Source: an uncultured archaeon
GTDB taxonomy: Archaea > Asgardarchaeota > Thorarchaeia > Thorarchaeales > Thorarchaeaceae
DNA: 31,020 bases
Reading direction: 5' to 3'
Assembly (NCBI GenBank): GCA_964631415.1
Contig: CAZVZC010000024.1
Location: forward strand, 1-31,020
Of this stretch, positions 27,501-31,020 are shown in pieces. Numbering within the stretch: the first letter of the stretch is position 1; each line of letters opens with the position of its first letter. Made by a program: the position numbers and the translations under genes. A model generated the notes under the pieces. The model was not told where the DNA came from. It ran no database searches and saw nothing but the letters and a program-made list of their open reading frames with translations.

Positions 27501-28439
27501 ATGCTGGATGTCATCTTCCTAGGAACTGGCGGTTCCATGCCTACCGAGGGTAGGAACCTGCCAGCCATCGCCGTACAGTACGGCGGCTCGGTCCTTCTCT
27601 TCGACGCCGGAGAAGACATCCAGAGACAACTTGGTAGAGCAGGCATAGGTGCGAACAACAGGCTTTCAGTCTTCATCACACACATGCACGCTGATCATGT
27701 ACTCGGACTGCCCGGACTCCTCCTCAGGTTTTCGCTCTTAGGGCGCACAAGGCCTCTCGCGATATATGGTCCTGAGGGCCTCATTGAGTACGTCAGAGTC
27801 AACCAGCAGACAATTCATCTCGGTACTTCATTCGAGTCCATGGTCTACAAGATTGACAAAGGTCCGGTCTTCCACTCTGAGCACATAACTGTCAGTGCCT
27901 TTGAGGTCGACCACAGAGTGTTTGCCTTTGGGTATGAGATCGTGTACCAGCGGCCCACTGGGGCATTCCTTCCAGACAGAGCAGTGGAGCTTGGTGTCCC
28001 AAGAGGGCCTCTCTGGAGGACTCTGGCATCCGGGGAAGATGTAAAGCTTCAGGACGGACGAACAGTGTCGCCCTCTGATGTGACTGCTGCCAAGCCACCT
28101 GGCTTGAAGATTGTATACTCAGGCGACACTCGCCCCTGCAGAGCTCTCAGTGAGGCGGCGATGGATGCAGATCTACTCATCTGTGAGGCAATGTACACAT
28201 CAGAGGACTCGCAAATGGCAAGTGAGAGAGGCCACATGACTGCCTCGGGGGCAGCACGAATTGCACTGGAGTCAAGAGTCCGTCTGTTGGCACTGACTCA
28301 CTACAGCCCGAGATATGGTGACGGGTCGCCGATTCTTGCTGAGGCGCGTGGTATCTTTCCCGAAGCTGTCTTGGCTCGAGACCTGATGAGGATTGAACTT
28401 GGCAACTCAGAAAGCCCAAAGGTAGCCGACAATAAATGA
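27501..28439 (+). CDS. rnz: Ribonuclease Z
   Basis: FLGTGG, FDAGE, THMHADH, exosite LGVPRGPLW, YSGDTRP, CEA, THYSPRY. Confidence 0.96.
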   Translation: MLDVIFLGTGGSMPTEGRNLPAIAVQYGGSVLLFDAGEDIQRQLGRAGIGANNRLSVFITHMHADHVLGLPGLLLRFSLLGRTRPLAIYGPEGLIEYVRVNQQTIHLGTSFESMVYKIDKGPVFHSEHITVSAFEVDHRVFAFGYEIVYQRPTGAFLPDRAVELGVPRGPLWRTLASGEDVKLQDGRTVSPSDVTAAKPPGLKIVYSGDTRPCRALSEAAMDADLLICEAMYTSEDSQMASERGHMTASGAARIALESRVRLLALTHYSPRYGDGSPILAEARGIFPEAVLARDLMRIELGNSESPKVADNK

Positions 28440-28451
28440 CACGCTTGCATT

Positions 28452-29657
28452 TCATCCCAAGCCTATCTTGATGGTCTGCAGCGTATGATGAATGAGCATT
28501 TGTTTCAACAAGCGGCCCTTCACCGACTGTGCAGGCGTGGCACCGATGACCAAGTCGATGATCAGGTCCCGCACGACCGGGTCAGCGGCGGCGACATCGC
28601 ATATGGTCTGTAGGCTCCTCTTTGACCCATAGAGTCTCTCTGCAACGAACCTCAGCACATTGAGTTCGGGCCTCAACAACTCCCCTATCTTCTGTTCGTA
28701 TGTGAGTATGAGCCTTGGATTGCGAGTCTTGACCATTTCGATTGCCGTGTCAGCTGCCAGCAGCCCCGAGGTGACTCCATAGAGTATTCCCTCCCCAGTG
28801 ATAGGCGACACCAGACCAGCAGCATCTCCCACGAGCATGGTCCTAGGATTGATCAGTTTCCAGCGGGGTGGACCCAGCGGCACTCTATACGCACTCGTTC
28901 TAGGCAGGCTGATTTCGACACCGGCATCAGCCTCAAGTTTTCCAACGAACCTAGTCCACTCTCCCCTCAGGTCTGTGAGTCTGTCTACCCTGCATCCGAC
29001 CCCGATGCTGATATTGTTTCTCTTGGGAAAGCACCAAGCATAACCCCACCTTGTTGCACCGAAGTAGATGTGCATGGCAAGCTCATTGTCCTCTTCTGGG
29101 ACCATTGTGATTCTTTGGATCTCAGACGGGTCCAGGGGCACATCTGCTGAGATGCAGAGGCCGACTCTGTCAGATGGCCAACTATTGCGAATACCAGTCG
29201 CACGGGCCACAATGCCATTCACGCCATCTGCCCCAATCAGGATGTGTGACTTGTGGGAGTCACCCAGGCAGAGGACGCGTACTGCATTTCCTGTCCGTTC
29301 TATGCCCACAACTCTCGTATCTTGAACCACTTCTACGCCTGCGTCCTCGGCCATGTGAAGCAAGTAGTGATCAAACCTTGACCTAGTGACCATGTTTACA
29401 GTAAGCCCTCTTCGCACTACTACAAAGCCCCGACCCGAAGGCGTATGGAAACTGACAGCACGGACATCACGGTCAACAACAGGTGCGATATCAAAGTCCA
29501 GAGTCTGCGATACACGAGGACTGAGAGCCCCACCACATGGCTTCTCTCTGGGGTGTACCGACCTGTCAAGGAGGAAGACATCCAACCCCCTGAGAGCGGC
29601 TCTTCTCGCGCAGGTTGCTCCGGCGGGTCCTCCTCCGACGACTATCAGGTCGTACAT
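28452..29657 (-). CDS. Geranylgeranyl reductase family FAD-dependent oxidoreductase
   Basis: GGGPAG, KPCGG, R..FD..L, GADG, GYAWCFP, VGDAAG..SPITGEGI. Confidence 0.92.
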   Translation of the reverse strand: MYDLIVVGGGPAGATCARRAALRGLDVFLLDRSVHPREKPCGGALSPRVSQTLDFDIAPVVDRDVRAVSFHTPSGRGFVVVRRGLTVNMVTRSRFDHYLLHMAEDAGVEVVQDTRVVGIERTGNAVRVLCLGDSHKSHILIGADGVNGIVARATGIRNSWPSDRVGLCISADVPLDPSEIQRITMVPEEDNELAMHIYFGATRWGYAWCFPKRNNISIGVGCRVDRLTDLRGEWTRFVGKLEADAGVEISLPRTSAYRVPLGPPRWKLINPRTMLVGDAAGLVSPITGEGILYGVTSGLLAADTAIEMVKTRNPRLILTYEQKIGELLRPELNVLRFVAERLYGSKRSLQTICDVAAADPVVRDLIIDLVIGATPAQSVKGRLLKQMLIHHTLQTIKIGLG

Positions 29658-29740
29658 CTCAGTTCCTCACAGATACGATGAGTCTTATCATCACAACATC
29701 AATAAATCGATGTTCATGGACTACTAGTGGGGCGTCAAGA

Positions 29741-30793
29741 GTGTCGGCAGGCAATAAGGCCTCAAAGGTCTGTATCATAACCACTGGAGGAACGATTTCG
29801 AGCATATACGATCCCAGTATCCAATCGTTGAGGCCCGGCCTTTCTGTGGATGCGCTCCTTGCTAGTCTGCCAAGGGGCATGGGAAACATCAACGTCGTCA
29901 AACAAGAGTTGTTTCAGCTTGACTCTGCTAACGCACAGCCGCATCATTGGCAGGAGATAGCGAGCGCTATCAAGGAAGCAAGTGACACCATACCAGACCT
30001 TGAGGGCATTGTTGTGACACATGGAACAGACACGATGGTGTATTCAGCCTCCGCAGTGAGCTTCATGGTACAAGACTTCGGGCGTCCGATTGTATTCACC
30101 GGCTCTCAGATTCCTGCCTCCACGCCTTGGAGCGATGGTCCTCGAAACCTGATTGATGCACTGCGCGTCGCTGCCTTCGGCGACCTTGGTGAAACCTGCA
30201 TAGTCTTCAACGGCGAGATACACAGGGCAACGAGGACCAAGAAAGTGCGTGTGAACTCCTACGATGCATTTGACTCGGTCGACCCGTCTCCCCTCGGTAC
30301 ACTGGCTCGCGACATAATCCTCTACGAGGGTAGGAAGAAGAGAAATAACCTGGTTCCCCGGTTCGACACAAGACTCGATGACCGAGTGTTTCTTCTCAAG
30401 GTGTTCCCGGGCATGCTTCCGGGTATCTTCTCACACATCATTGACATGGGTTATCACGGGATTGTGATCGAGGGCTTCGGAGCCGGCAACATTCCGACTG
30501 AGGAGAACGCGCTCACAGGGGCAATCCTCCAAGCCATTGCTAGGGACTGCGTCGTAGTGGTCAGTTCACAGTGTGCCTTCGGACAGGCCGATCCGCTGAC
30601 GTACGAAGTCGGACGCGCTGCGCTCGATGTCGGTGCCTTGAGCGCGTATGACATGACCTCAGAGGCCACAGTGGTCAAGCTCGCGTGGGTCTTGGGCCAC
30701 ACTCGCGATCCTGAACGGGTGCAAGAGATGATGTTGATAGACTACGGCGGCGAGATTCAGTATAAGAGTCCAGTAGAAGAGCATGAGACTTGA
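29741..30793 (+). CDS. ansA: Type I L-asparaginase
   Basis: TGGTI, HGTDT, TGSQIP, GFGAGN, SQC, DMTSEA..VKL. Start placed at GTG 29741; no GatD N-terminal domain. Confidence 0.88.
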   Translation: MSAGNKASKVCIITTGGTISSIYDPSIQSLRPGLSVDALLASLPRGMGNINVVKQELFQLDSANAQPHHWQEIASAIKEASDTIPDLEGIVVTHGTDTMVYSASAVSFMVQDFGRPIVFTGSQIPASTPWSDGPRNLIDALRVAAFGDLGETCIVFNGEIHRATRTKKVRVNSYDAFDSVDPSPLGTLARDIILYEGRKKRNNLVPRFDTRLDDRVFLLKVFPGMLPGIFSHIIDMGYHGIVIEGFGAGNIPTEENALTGAILQAIARDCVVVVSSQCAFGQADPLTYEVGRAALDVGALSAYDMTSEATVVKLAWVLGHTRDPERVQEMMLIDYGGEIQYKSPVEEHET

Positions 30794-30820
30794 TGAGCTT
30801 GAGATGAGTCATCGTCAGGC

Positions 30821-30826
30821 TTAAAT
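30821..30826 (+). promoter_or_regulatory. Putative TATA box of the tRNA gene
   Basis: TTAAAT 26-31 nt upstream of the first tRNA base (30852). Confidence 0.55.
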
Positions 30827-30851
30827 CAGCCGCTCCCAGTCATGAGGTTGT

Positions 30852-31020
30852 GCCCGGATAGCCAAGTGGTTCGACCACGACACTAGGTCGTAGACCTTCA
30901 AACGGCGGTAGCCTGGAGCTAATCCCCGGGACTGAACCCGGGATGAACAGCCAGCTACTCTCCCTTTGGGAGGCACGAGGGCCGATCACTTCGTTCGGCT
31001 CTGCCAAAGTTCGAATCTCG
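30852..31020 (+). tRNA. tRNA-Ser(GGA) with three introns (3' end beyond the window)
   Basis: Acceptor 5' GCCCGGA-TA; D stem GCC/GGC; anticodon stem GTAGC/GCTAC with loop CT-GGA-G^A; long variable arm CTCCC-TTT-GGGAG; T arm ACG^AG-TTCGAAT-CTCG. Introns at about 30871-30899, 30919-30952 and 30978-31007. Confidence 0.88.

Noticed and set aside
29615-30793. GatD (Glu-tRNA amidotransferase subunit D), and the long ORF start at 29615
   Set aside because: There is no GatD N-terminal domain and no gatE; the extension overlaps the divergent GGR gene and looks non-coding.
30852-31020. tRNA-Sec, tRNA-Leu or SRP RNA as alternative identities
   Set aside because: The anticodon stem GTAGC/GCTAC frames CT-GGA-GA, and the long variable arm fits Ser.
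1-31020. Numerous 60-215 aa alternative-frame and antisense ORFs (e.g. 1716..2252, 7903..8379, 19867..20475, 20801..21448)
   Set aside because: They are shadows of well-supported genes and carry no motifs of their own.
1-31020. CRISPR array, prophage or integrative element
   Set aside because: No regularly spaced repeats, cas, integrase or viral structural genes were seen by eye.

Overview
Gene-dense archaeal chromosomal segment, most likely from an Asgard archaeon (Thorarchaeia-like). This is inferred from a two-domain gelsolin, a two-lobed arrestin-fold protein, an SCP2 protein, TrmB, a geranylgeranyl reductase and an intron-containing tRNA. There are about 29 CDS and no CRISPR array, transposase or integrase that I can see. 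Metabolic blocks: (i) a glycyl-radical enzyme (not classical PFL), its activase and a tandem split-barrel flavoprotein; (ii) a ThDP enzyme, Zn-ADH and SCP2 operon, bracketed by two paralogous Cys-rich Fe-S proteins; (iii) a long co-directional run of Fpg, M20 hydrolase, LLM oxidoreductase, HAM1, TrmB, tandem-Lrp protein and RNase Z. Two signals are not evident from the ORF track. One is a 479-aa 'hypothetical' that aligns by eye with an MCM helicase (OB fold, dead AAA+, lid, winged helix) and sits directly behind an orphan DNA methyltransferase. The other is a tRNA-Ser(GGA) at the right edge interrupted by three introns (D-loop, 37/38 and 51/52). All calls come from motif recognition by eye; no searches were run.
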